32,000 bases of DNA from Prochlorococcus sp. MIT 0801 (GTDB taxonomy: Bacteria; Cyanobacteriota; Cyanobacteriia; PCC-6307; Cyanobiaceae): positions 1,710,001 to 1,742,000 of the forward strand of contig NZ_CP007754.1 of NCBI RefSeq assembly GCF_000757865.1, given 5' to 3'. The position numbers were made by a program, and so were the translations under genes. This document shows, piece by piece, positions 19,135 to 28,021 of the stretch. The notes below the pieces were generated by a model. The model had not been told where the DNA came from, searched no databases, and saw only the letters and a program-made list of their open reading frames with translations. Each line of letters begins with the position of its first letter. Within the stretch, counting starts at the first letter, position 1.

Positions 19135-20106
19135 ATGACTAAAAAAAAAATAGGGATTGGTTTTGGAACTTGGGCGTGGGGAAATAAACTGGTTTGGGGC
19201 TACAAAGCTGAAACAGATAATATTTTACTTAAAAAAACTTTTTTTGATGCAATAGATGGAGGATTAGATCTTGTTGACAGTGCAGATTCATATGGCACGG
19301 GAAGCTTATTTGGACAAAGCGAAAAGCTGATAGGAGATTTCCTTGAAGAGTTGCCCAAGAGAAAGCTCAAAAAAATTACTATCGCAACAAAGCTTGCTCC
19401 CTTTCCATGGAGAATTGGTCGCAATGGTCTAAATAATGCATTCCAAGAAAGTAATCAGCGGTTAAAAGGAAATATGACAAGAGTACAACTTCATTGGAGT
19501 ACTTATCGCTATGCACCATGGCAAGAAGAACAATTACTAAATGGACTAGGAGATTTATACGAAGAAGGTTTAATTAAAGAAATCGGGCTATCTAATACTG
19601 GTCCAAAAAGACTGATTTTTTTATTCCAAAAGCTGAAAAAAAGAGGAATTAAAATTAAGAGTATACAAATGCAACTTTCATTATTAACGAAACCATCTTT
19701 AGAAGATGAAAATATAAAAATTATATGTGATGAGAATGAAATTGAATATTTAGCTTATAGTCCATTAGGGCTGGGAATACTAACAGTTCCACCTAATCAA
19801 TCTCCTAAGCCTAAAACATTGTTACGACAAATTTTATTCCAAACGATACTTCCAAAAACTATAGAATTGAGAACATTACTATCTGATATTGCTAAAAAGT
19901 ATTCAGCCTCTCAAGCACAAGTTGCCTTGAATTGGGTAAGGTCTCATGGAGCCAAACCAATAGTCGGAATTCGTAATCCAATTCAAGCTAAAGATGCAAT
20001 TTCTGCACTTAATTGGTCTTTAACTAAAAGTGAAAAAAAAAGGCTGGATATTCACAGGAATGCCTGTCTAGCAAATATGCCACAAAATCCTTTTACTAGT
20101 CCATAA
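19135..20106 (+). CDS. Aldo/keto reductase family oxidoreductase
   Basis: GFGTWAWG and DSADSYG (catalytic Asp/Tyr region), a 323-aa TIM-barrel-length ORF, and LNWV...PIVG near the C-terminus. Confidence 0.85.
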   Translation: MTKKKIGIGFGTWAWGNKLVWGYKAETDNILLKKTFFDAIDGGLDLVDSADSYGTGSLFGQSEKLIGDFLEELPKRKLKKITIATKLAPFPWRIGRNGLNNAFQESNQRLKGNMTRVQLHWSTYRYAPWQEEQLLNGLGDLYEEGLIKEIGLSNTGPKRLIFLFQKLKKRGIKIKSIQMQLSLLTKPSLEDENIKIICDENEIEYLAYSPLGLGILTVPPNQSPKPKTLLRQILFQTILPKTIELRTLLSDIAKKYSASQAQVALNWVRSHGAKPIVGIRNPIQAKDAISALNWSLTKSEKKRLDIHRNACLANMPQNPFTSP

Positions 20107-20113
20107 TCCAAAA

Positions 20114-20746
20114 TCAAGTATCAGGACTAACAATGACCTTCATTGAATCAGAAGAGGTTGGGAGACTAATAACTTTTGTTGGTGGAATTTGCTGTGAATT
20201 TGAGTTTTTTTCAATTATTTCTTTCTCAGGCTCTTTTTCATCATTAGCACAAGCTTCTAAAGCTTCTCTCAACAACGAGTCAAAGGTTGCACCTGGCAAT
20301 CTATGTCTAGCTACCTCAAGGAACGTTAGCGGTAAAGACTCTGATGCCGCATCTTTTAATGCAGGATTATTTTTTCTATGCTCTTGCTCGTCCTGAATGG
20401 CTCGAATAAATCTTAGAGTGACTTCATGCTTAGTCGACGCTTTAATCAAAGTATCGTTATCTCTTTGACCATTAGTTGCTTCTTGTTCTAGATCATTAAT
20501 TCTACTTTCCAAACTTGTAAGTACTTCATCAGCTTCTTTCCCAATATGAGAAAGTTGACCGTCAGACAAGTTTGGTAAATCAGCTACATAAACTTTTCCA
20601 TGATCTCTAAGGGTTAAAAAAGTTGGTCTTGGGCCACTATTCTGTCGCATACCCGAATCTGCTTGACCTCCTAAAGGCTTTCTAGGAGGTGTTGGACCTG
20701 CAGAACTTCTCCTACGCGTTAGACGCTGTTGATTTTCAAAAGGCAT
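20114..20746 (-). CDS. Hypothetical protein with Arg/Pro-rich N-terminus and acidic helical C-terminus
   Basis: Clean 210-aa ORF with ATG start. No family recognised. Confidence 0.6.
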   Translation of the reverse strand: MPFENQQRLTRRRSSAGPTPPRKPLGGQADSGMRQNSGPRPTFLTLRDHGKVYVADLPNLSDGQLSHIGKEADEVLTSLESRINDLEQEATNGQRDNDTLIKASTKHEVTLRFIRAIQDEQEHRKNNPALKDAASESLPLTFLEVARHRLPGATFDSLLREALEACANDEKEPEKEIIEKNSNSQQIPPTKVISLPTSSDSMKVIVSPDT

Positions 20747-20908
20747 AGAGCTAATTAAGATCTAACTTCGCATTACCCGAACTAATATCCGGCTTGCGTT
20801 TTTTTTTACATCTTACTGTTTTTTTACCGTTATAGAAAATCTTTTTTAACCTTCATTTAATTTGTTCAGATACTGTACTGGGGATTTTATAAAACTATGC
20901 TTAAAACC

Positions 20909-21949
20909 TCAGCTAGGTATTCCTAAAATATCAATATGCTTTGAATTATTCTTACTTTCAACAACTTGCCCTATATTCCAAGCCTCAAAATCATTTTTCA
21001 TACATATTTCTAAAGCAGAATTCACTTCATTTTTAGGAACAATTAGACAAAAACCTATACCCATATTAAAAGTATTCCAAAGATCAATTTCAGGAATATC
21101 TCCAGCATTTTGTAACCAATTAAAGATTTCAGTTATTTCCCAGGTAGTTATATCTATATGTGGTGACAATCCAGAAGGGAAAATTCTTGGAAGATTCTCT
21201 GGCAAACCCCCACCTGTAATATGGGTCATTCCATGAATTGGTAAATTTTCTCTCAACAATTTCTCAACGAGTGGAACATAAATTGCTGTTGGTTCCAGCA
21301 AAGATTCGATCAAGTTCCTTTTATCTTTCCCATATAGAGTATTTTCATCCACATTCGCCATAGAAAGAACTCTGCGAACAAGACTAAAACCATTGCTATG
21401 AACACCGTTACTTTTAATCCCAATGATCTGATCTTCACAATTAATTTTGGTGCCGTCTATTAAGTGATGATTTTCAACGATCCCAACACAAAAGCCTGCA
21501 AGGTCATATCTCCCACTGGGATAAAAACCTGGCATTTCAGCTGTCTCGCCACCTAAGAGAGAACAATCCGATTGACAACAGCCTGCTGCAATGCCCTCTA
21601 TCACTTCAGCTAAAGCATCAGGAGTCAAAGTTCCGCTTGCTATGTAATCAAGAAAAAATAAAGGTCGAGCCCCATTAGTTATTACATCATTCACACACAT
21701 TGCAACTAAGTCTATTCCGACTCCAAAATGACAACGATATTGCTGAGCTAATTCTAATTTTGTACCAACACCATCTGTCCCAGAGACCAAGACTGGGCTT
21801 TCAAAGCCTTTTGGAATTCTTATACATCCTCCAAAACCTCCTAAACCTCCTATGACCTCACTTTTATGAGTTTTTTCAACGCATGATTTAATTCTTTCCA
21901 CAAAGGCTCTTCCAGCAGTAACATCAACTCCCGCAGTTTTGTAATCCAT
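20909..21949 (-). CDS. purM: Phosphoribosylformylglycinamidine cyclo-ligase (AIR synthetase)
   Basis: [29 protein letters not shown] and [13 protein letters not shown]. Confidence 0.93.
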   Translation of the reverse strand: MDYKTAGVDVTAGRAFVERIKSCVEKTHKSEVIGGLGGFGGCIRIPKGFESPVLVSGTDGVGTKLELAQQYRCHFGVGIDLVAMCVNDVITNGARPLFFLDYIASGTLTPDALAEVIEGIAAGCCQSDCSLLGGETAEMPGFYPSGRYDLAGFCVGIVENHHLIDGTKINCEDQIIGIKSNGVHSNGFSLVRRVLSMANVDENTLYGKDKRNLIESLLEPTAIYVPLVEKLLRENLPIHGMTHITGGGLPENLPRIFPSGLSPHIDITTWEITEIFNWLQNAGDIPEIDLWNTFNMGIGFCLIVPKNEVNSALEICMKNDFEAWNIGQVVESKNNSKHIDILGIPS

Positions 21950-22022
21950 CAGTAAAAAGCTTTCTTATTCAAAAGATATGAACCCTAATATGAAATCCAT
22001 ATGGGATCAGTATCAGTATGCA

Positions 22023-22054
22023 ATCAACTTATTTCATTTCAATCATAAGTTGAT
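22023..22054. repeat. Perfect 10-bp inverted repeat just upstream of panC-cmk
   Basis: atcaacttat (22023-22032) and ataagttgat (22045-22054) are separated by 12 nt. An alternative pairing is atttcat (22031-22037) with atgaaat (22053-22059). Confidence 0.3.
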
Positions 22055-22063
22055 GAAATTAAT

Positions 22064-23629
22064 TTGTTTACCAACATAGTGGTACGAAAAATCTTCCAAA
22101 CTAATGCTGAATTAAAAGATTGGCTTAGTGAACAAAATTCAGCAATAATTTTTATCCCTACCATGGGAGGACTTCACCCTGGGCACAAATATTTAATTCA
22201 GAAAGCAAAAGAAAGGAAAACAAACATAAACCAAATTATTCTTTTAAGTATTTTTGTAAATCCATTGCAATTTAGCAAGGGTGAAGACTTCAAAAAATAT
22301 CCCAGAAATATAAACAGAGATGCTGAATTAGCTTTTAGCGCGGGAGCAGATGCAATTTGGGCTCCAGATTATGACGAAGTTTTTCCTGGAGGTGAAGATT
22401 CACATTTTAAAATTGAAGTACCTAAAACATTACATAATCAATTATGTGGTGCTGAAAGGAAAGGACATTTTGATGGAGTCGCAACCGTTATTATTCGATT
22501 GATCAAAATTATCAAGCCAGAGAAACTAATTCTGGGAGAAAAAGATTGGCAACAATTAATTATAATTAGAAAACTCTTTCAAGAACTATCAATACCTGTA
22601 AAGATTGAATCCTATTCTACACAAAGAGACCAAAGTGGATTTGCTTATAGTTCAAGAAATTCTTATCTTAGTGATTCTGAAAGAGTAAATGCTCAATCAT
22701 TACCTAATGCAATCAAAGAAGCAAAAACAGAATTTGATAAAGGGAAAGTAATAAATCTCACAAAAATAGCTTCGATATTTGAAGAAAATAATTTAAAAAT
22801 TGAATATCTCAAAATCGTAGATCCATTTTCATTAAAAGAAACAGAAAATATCAATAGACTATGCCTTTTGGCAGCAGCAGTAAAATGTGGGTCTACAAGG
22901 CTAATCGATCACACTTTTCTGATGCAAAGAAAACCAATTGTTGCGATTGATGGGCCTGCTGGTGCAGGGAAAAGCACAGTAACTAAAGCATTTGCCAAGA
23001 AACTTGGTTTTATTTATTTAGATACTGGCGCAATGTATCGAGCAGTGACTTGGTTAATAATAAGCAATTCGATTGATCCAAATGATCAAGCGGAAATCAA
23101 AAATATCTTAAAAGATTTAAAATTAGAATTTAAAAACTCTAGCTTTGTTGAGCAAAAAATATTCATAAATAATATTGACGTAACAGAACAAATTAGATCC
23201 CCTAAAGTGACTTCAATGGTTTCCGAAATTGCCAAACAACAATTTGTAAGAGAACTATTGACCCGAAAACAACAAGTAATTGGAAACAATGGGGGCTTGG
23301 TCGCGGAAGGAAGAGACATAGGCACAGCTGTATTTCCAGATGCAGACCTCAAAATTTTTCTTACTGCCTCTCCAACAGAAAGAGCAAAAAGAAGAGCCCT
23401 TGACTTAAACAAAAGAGGTTATGAATTCTCCAGCATTGAAGATCTTGAAAAAGAAATTAAAGAAAGAGATAAAAAAGATAGTGAACGAAAAATAGCTCCT
23501 TTAAAAAAAGCTCAAGAGGCAATAGAGCTCGTAACAGATGGTATGAATATTGAAGATGTATTAAAAGAACTGATTGATATTTTCAGATCAAAGATTCCAG
23601 AGGAAGTCTGGCCAACGCCTAATCCGTGA
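22064..23629 (+). CDS. panC-cmk: Bifunctional pantoate--beta-alanine ligase / cytidylate kinase
   Basis: The N-terminal half carries PTMGGLHPGH (PanC). The C-terminal half carries the P-loop IAIDGPAGAGKSTV and EGRDIGT (Cmk). This fusion is typical of cyanobacteria. The start is TTG at 22064 or GTG at 22079. Confidence 0.93.
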   Translation: MFTNIVVRKIFQTNAELKDWLSEQNSAIIFIPTMGGLHPGHKYLIQKAKERKTNINQIILLSIFVNPLQFSKGEDFKKYPRNINRDAELAFSAGADAIWAPDYDEVFPGGEDSHFKIEVPKTLHNQLCGAERKGHFDGVATVIIRLIKIIKPEKLILGEKDWQQLIIIRKLFQELSIPVKIESYSTQRDQSGFAYSSRNSYLSDSERVNAQSLPNAIKEAKTEFDKGKVINLTKIASIFEENNLKIEYLKIVDPFSLKETENINRLCLLAAAVKCGSTRLIDHTFLMQRKPIVAIDGPAGAGKSTVTKAFAKKLGFIYLDTGAMYRAVTWLIISNSIDPNDQAEIKNILKDLKLEFKNSSFVEQKIFINNIDVTEQIRSPKVTSMVSEIAKQQFVRELLTRKQQVIGNNGGLVAEGRDIGTAVFPDADLKIFLTASPTERAKRRALDLNKRGYEFSSIEDLEKEIKERDKKDSERKIAPLKKAQEAIELVTDGMNIEDVLKELIDIFRSKIPEEVWPTPNP

Positions 23630-24092
23630 GACTATCTATTAATCCATCCATAGCATCATCAAGTAAATCTATAACTTTGTCGAATCCATTTTGACCGCCA
23701 TAATAAGGGTCAGGAACTTCATCTAATTGAAAGTTTTTTGAGTAACTTAGAATCAGTTTTATTTTAGAATTTACAGGATTATTTTGATCTTTAGTTAATG
23801 ATTTAACAGCGTCGAGATTATCTTTATCCATAACAAGAATCTGATCAAACTCATATAAATCATTTTCTTCGATTTGTCTCGACCTACTGGTCAGTTCTAT
23901 CCCCCTTGATAACGCTGTTGAGCGCATTCTTTTATCAGGAAGATTTCCTACATGCCAACTACCAGTACCTGCGGAATCAACTACAAACAATTTTTCTAAA
24001 TCTCTCTCTTTAATTTTTTTAGTAAAAATTCCTTCAGCTGCAGGCGAACGACAAATATTTCCCAAGCAAACAAAGAGAATTTTTTTTACCAT
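23619..24092 (-). CDS. Low-molecular-weight protein-tyrosine phosphatase
   Basis: CLGNICRSPAAEG (C-x5-R-S P-loop) near the N-terminus and DPYYG (general acid Asp). Confidence 0.85.
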   Translation of the reverse strand: MVKKILFVCLGNICRSPAAEGIFTKKIKERDLEKLFVVDSAGTGSWHVGNLPDKRMRSTALSRGIELTSRSRQIEENDLYEFDQILVMDKDNLDAVKSLTKDQNNPVNSKIKLILSYSKNFQLDEVPDPYYGGQNGFDKVIDLLDDAMDGLIDSLTD

Positions 24093-24110
24093 TTTTTAAA
24101 TGTCTTTATT

Positions 24111-24887
24111 TTATTTTAAGTCAAAAAGGATATTATTTATATAGCTTTCAGTCCATAGCTCTCCAAAAAAGCTCCGCAACATTCCTCTTGCAGGATCTTT
24201 TTCAGCCCTATATCGCATATATTTTTTCTGACCATCTAACAGTTGAAAAGATCTTTCCTTAGAAATTATTTTTGCCTCTCTTACTAAATCCAAGAAACAA
24301 TTCAAGTATTCATCAAAAGCAGGTTTAATTACCTGAGTAATCAAGTTGTCACCTTCTTCTCCTAATGGAATTCTAGACCAAAGAAAAGCTGGAGAAAAGT
24401 ATTTTCTAGCCCCAGAGGGTATATCACCTCCTGATGGAATTTTAGATTGCCAATGAGCATGTATAGATTTTAATTTATTCGAAACATATTGAGTATGTGT
24501 TGTATCATCTTTTAACGCTGGTTGAAGATCTAATGCAATAAGATGTCCATTTGGAAGTGTGACAAAATCGGCTCCAAAAAAAGGCAGGTCATAATTATTG
24601 AGAGGTGAAATTACCAAATTCATGACAGAAGTAATGTCACCTGCTTGCAAGCATGCACATCTAGCCTGTCGTATTTTTTCCATCTTTAGACCCCATGTTT
24701 CCAAAATAACTTTTTTAGGATTAGAACTTGAACCAAAAAAAGATTCTCTAAACAGAAAATCATTATCTATTGGATAAGGTCTAGTTTGAAAAGTAGAAAA
24801 GGCCTTAATAGTTTGATCTAAGAAATAAGCCCAACGCCAATTACTTATTGAAATAGGCTCAAGACTATTATTTCGAATACTTTGCAT
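24111..24887 (-). CDS. pebB: Phycoerythrobilin:ferredoxin oxidoreductase
   Basis: 258-aa ferredoxin-dependent bilin reductase family member. It is the last gene of the ho1-pebA-pebB order, and its length and sequence fit PebB as I remember it. Confidence 0.8.
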   Translation of the reverse strand: MQSIRNNSLEPISISNWRWAYFLDQTIKAFSTFQTRPYPIDNDFLFRESFFGSSSNPKKVILETWGLKMEKIRQARCACLQAGDITSVMNLVISPLNNYDLPFFGADFVTLPNGHLIALDLQPALKDDTTHTQYVSNKLKSIHAHWQSKIPSGGDIPSGARKYFSPAFLWSRIPLGEEGDNLITQVIKPAFDEYLNCFLDLVREAKIISKERSFQLLDGQKKYMRYRAEKDPARGMLRSFFGELWTESYINNILFDLK

Positions 24888-24900
24888 TTAAAAAATTAAC

Positions 24901-25617
24901 TTAAGAATTAATGTTTTCTAGGCTTAAAGGAAATAAAAATTCTTTCATATATTTCTCTGACCATTCTTTACCAAAAAAGCCAGAAAATAAACCATGAGCA
25001 GGATCTTTTTTAGCACTATATTTATCATAGTCTATATGCAATAAGCTGATCTCTTGAGATTTAATATGATTTTCATTAGCTTTAGACAAATCAAGATTTT
25101 CCCAATAACATTTAAGAAAAGAACTAAAAATTTTTGGTAAAATATTTTCCGCTTCAAAATTTCCTCCTTTGCAAACAAGGGCCCATGGTGAGAAGTACTT
25201 ATTTGGATCATATATATTACTTTTCATACTAGAATTAAACTGATTAAAACATTTTTTTAGGCTTTTCAAGCCATCAAAATATCTATCTAAATATTCTTTA
25301 TCTTGAACTAGAGGCTGGAAATCAAGAATAGCAACTAGCTTTTGTTTTTTTTCAAACCACAAAAGGTCAATACCCATAATTGGCATATCATTTTTTTCAT
25401 CAGGATAAGCAACTGAATTTAATACCTGAAGGCGATCTCCTGCATCCAATCTAGTGACTCTCCATCTTCGAAATCCGGGAACATCCCATAACCAACTGTT
25501 CAATTTACAATTGCCTTGTTTTGAAACGCATTCACAAAATTCATTCGGTACAATCAACTTCTTACCGCCATGTTCAAGAATATTTTTTTTTAACTCACTT
25601 AACAGGTTATTAAACAT
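24901..25617 (-). CDS. pebA: 15,16-dihydrobiliverdin:ferredoxin oxidoreductase
   Basis: SWLWDVPGFRRWRVTRLDAGDRLQVLNSVAYP and LDFQPLVQDKEYLDRYFDGLK closely match the PebA sequences I recall from marine Synechococcus. Confidence 0.85.
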   Translation of the reverse strand: MFNNLLSELKKNILEHGGKKLIVPNEFCECVSKQGNCKLNSWLWDVPGFRRWRVTRLDAGDRLQVLNSVAYPDEKNDMPIMGIDLLWFEKKQKLVAILDFQPLVQDKEYLDRYFDGLKSLKKCFNQFNSSMKSNIYDPNKYFSPWALVCKGGNFEAENILPKIFSSFLKCYWENLDLSKANENHIKSQEISLLHIDYDKYSAKKDPAHGLFSGFFGKEWSEKYMKEFLFPLSLENINS

Positions 25618-25783
25618 ATACAGTCATCTCCTTAAAGAGTTTAATAACGTCCTCTCCCTTGAAATAATTAAATCAGTTAAAGAGAAAAAATACAAATCTT
25701 CAACACTCTTATACTTCATAATAGATATCTTAATAGATAATGAATATAAATAAAATAATAGTTTTAAAAAAATATGAATTTTA

Positions 25784-26491
25784 TTACTCCGTGCTACCTT
25801 TTCGCTTTTTATTTGCAAAAAATCTAAATAAAACTTTCCCTATCGCTGCAATTAAATTTCCTTCTAATTCATTAAAAATATCCATATTATATTTAAAAGA
25901 TCTATTAGCCTCTTCTATAATTGAATCAGCTGTCTTTTGATCAATAGGAAGATTGTCTAAAGTATTTCTATACTTAATCTTAAATTCTTTTTCATCGCTG
26001 ATTTCCTCAAAAATATAAAAGCTAAGTCCATCGTCACCAGGAAGATTCATGGCTTTTTTAGTGATTGTTTTCAAAAGCTGTCCCCCAGACAAGTCACCTA
26101 TATATCGGCTGTAGTGGTGCCCAATTAAAAGTTCAGGATTATCTTTAGCGATTTCTCGGATTCTTGCTTCATATTCAACAGCAGGTTTTGAGGGTTTTAC
26201 CAATTCAGACCAATTACTACCAAAGTAGAATGACAAATCTTGTTCTAATTTTTTCTTACGAAAAAGCTCTTTAAATCCAATTGGAGAAATTATTGGATGA
26301 GAATTTTCACAAAGTTTTTCTATCTCTTCCTCCATCGCAGAGTAAACAAAATATAAATCAGCTAATAAATTTCTATATGAGGACCTATCAACTACTCCCT
26401 TGAGGAAACAACTTATAAAACCTGTGTTTTCAGCCATCGTATGAGACTTTTTAGTCCCTTCACGAAGTTGCCTAGCGAAGGCTAGTGCCAT
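25784..26491 (-). CDS. ho1: Heme oxygenase 1
   Basis: N-terminal LREGTKKSHTMAENTGF (proximal His region), 235 aa, lying upstream of pebA/pebB. Confidence 0.9.
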   Translation of the reverse strand: MALAFARQLREGTKKSHTMAENTGFISCFLKGVVDRSSYRNLLADLYFVYSAMEEEIEKLCENSHPIISPIGFKELFRKKKLEQDLSFYFGSNWSELVKPSKPAVEYEARIREIAKDNPELLIGHHYSRYIGDLSGGQLLKTITKKAMNLPGDDGLSFYIFEEISDEKEFKIKYRNTLDNLPIDQKTADSIIEEANRSFKYNMDIFNELEGNLIAAIGKVLFRFFANKKRKGSTE

Positions 26492-26570
26492 GAGTTCAAA
26501 ATCATTTAATCAAAACTTACCACTTAGACATAAGCTCAACATTAGATGAATTAATCGCTGGATAAAAATT

Positions 26571-27995
26571 ATGGCAAATTTTGAAAAGCTTAGTGCTCCG
26601 TCAAAAGGCCAAAGAATTACTTTTTTTGATGGAAACCCAGTAGTCCCAGACCATCCAATTATTCCATTTATCAGAGGGGATGGAACAGGAATAGATATTT
26701 GGCCAGCTACACAATTAGTTATCGATAAAGCTATTGAAAAGGCTTATGGAAAAAATCGATCCATTGAATGGTTCAAAATCTATGCAGGTGATGAAGCTTG
26801 CGAGTTATACGGAACTTATCAATATTTACCAAACGATACCCTCGAAGCGATACGAACTTACGGGATGGCTATCAAAGGACCTTTAACCACTCCTGTAGGT
26901 GGTGGAATTAGATCTTTAAACGTATCTCTAAGACAGATTTTTGATCTATATTCATGTGTTAGACCTTGCAAATATTACGCAGGGACTCCAAGCCCTCATA
27001 AAAAGCCGCAAGATTTAGATGTAATTGTTTATAGAGAAAATACTGAAGATATTTATATGGGTATTGAATGGGAATCTGATGATCCCGAATGCATCAAATT
27101 GATTGACCAACTCAATAATGAAATAATTCCAGCCAGCCAAAAACTAAAAAACAGGAAAATTCCAAGCGGATCAGGAATAGGCATTAAACCAGTTAGTAAA
27201 AGTGGTAGTCAAAGACATATCAGACGTGCAATTAAACATGCACTCACCCTTGAGGGGAGCAAAAGACATGTGACCTTGGTTCACAAGGGAAACATCATGA
27301 AATTCACTGAAGGAGCTTTCAGAGATTGGGGATACGAATTAGCAACCACAGAATTTAGGAGTGAATGCGTTACCGAGAGAGAAAGTTGGATTTTAGATAA
27401 TGTAGAAAAAAATCCTCACATCTCTTACGAGGAGAATGCTGAGTTGATTGATCCAGGATATTCCTTTTTAACAGAAGAGAAAAAGAAAGCTATTTGTGAT
27501 GAGGTTTGTTCCGTTCTTACAATCATTGGAACTAGTCATGGCAATGGTAAATGGAAAGATATGGTGATGGTTGATGACCGAATAGCAGATAGTATTTTTC
27601 AACAAATTCAAACTCGTCCTCAAGAGTATTCAATACTTGCAACTCTCAATCTTAATGGTGATTACATATCGGATGCGGCCGCTGCAATTGTTGGTGGACT
27701 GGGGATGGCACCAGGTGCAAACATTGGAGATACAGCGGCTATTTTCGAAGCCACGCATGGAACAGCTCCGAAACATGCAGGCTTGGACAGAATAAATCCA
27801 GGTTCAGTAATATTAAGCGGAGTAATGATGCTTGAATATTTGGGTTGGAATGAGGCAGCAAAATTAATTACAAATGGATTGAGCAAATCTATTTCAGACA
27901 AACAAGTGACTTACGATCTAGCACGTTTAATGGAACCACGCGTAGAGCCTCTTAGTTGTAGTGATTTTGCTAAATCAATTGTTGAAAGATTTTAA
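26571..27995 (+). CDS. icd: NADP-dependent isocitrate dehydrogenase
   Basis: IRSLNVSLRQ, NLNGDYISDAAAA and EATHGTAPK in a 474-aa ORF typical of cyanobacterial IDH. Confidence 0.93.
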   Translation: MANFEKLSAPSKGQRITFFDGNPVVPDHPIIPFIRGDGTGIDIWPATQLVIDKAIEKAYGKNRSIEWFKIYAGDEACELYGTYQYLPNDTLEAIRTYGMAIKGPLTTPVGGGIRSLNVSLRQIFDLYSCVRPCKYYAGTPSPHKKPQDLDVIVYRENTEDIYMGIEWESDDPECIKLIDQLNNEIIPASQKLKNRKIPSGSGIGIKPVSKSGSQRHIRRAIKHALTLEGSKRHVTLVHKGNIMKFTEGAFRDWGYELATTEFRSECVTERESWILDNVEKNPHISYEENAELIDPGYSFLTEEKKKAICDEVCSVLTIIGTSHGNGKWKDMVMVDDRIADSIFQQIQTRPQEYSILATLNLNGDYISDAAAAIVGGLGMAPGANIGDTAAIFEATHGTAPKHAGLDRINPGSVILSGVMMLEYLGWNEAAKLITNGLSKSISDKQVTYDLARLMEPRVEPLSCSDFAKSIVERF

Positions 27996-28021
27996 CTAAT
28001 TTTATTTAGAGTCTTCACAAA

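Noticed and set aside
19141-19150. A10 homopolymer in codons 3-6 of the aldo/keto reductase as a possible phase-variation tract
   Set aside because: Poly-A/T runs of 8-10 nt recur throughout this AT-rich window (for example 25582-25591), and it simply encodes Lys-Lys-Lys. There is no evidence of slippage.
25454-25940. Three overlapping tracked ORFs (25454-25753 +, 25624-25818 -, 25740-25940 +) around the ho1-pebA spacer
   Set aside because: They overlap the pebA or ho1 coding sequence and are Ile/Lys/Leu/Phe-rich translations of AT-rich DNA. Only the 31-codon spacer-internal part is kept, as a weak finding.
26507-26520. NtcA-like site TAA-N8-TAC between ho1 and icd; icd is NtcA-regulated in some cyanobacteria
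   Set aside because: One half-site deviates from GTA. The expected -10 box about 22 nt downstream is poor (tagatg). I cannot distinguish this from chance by eye.
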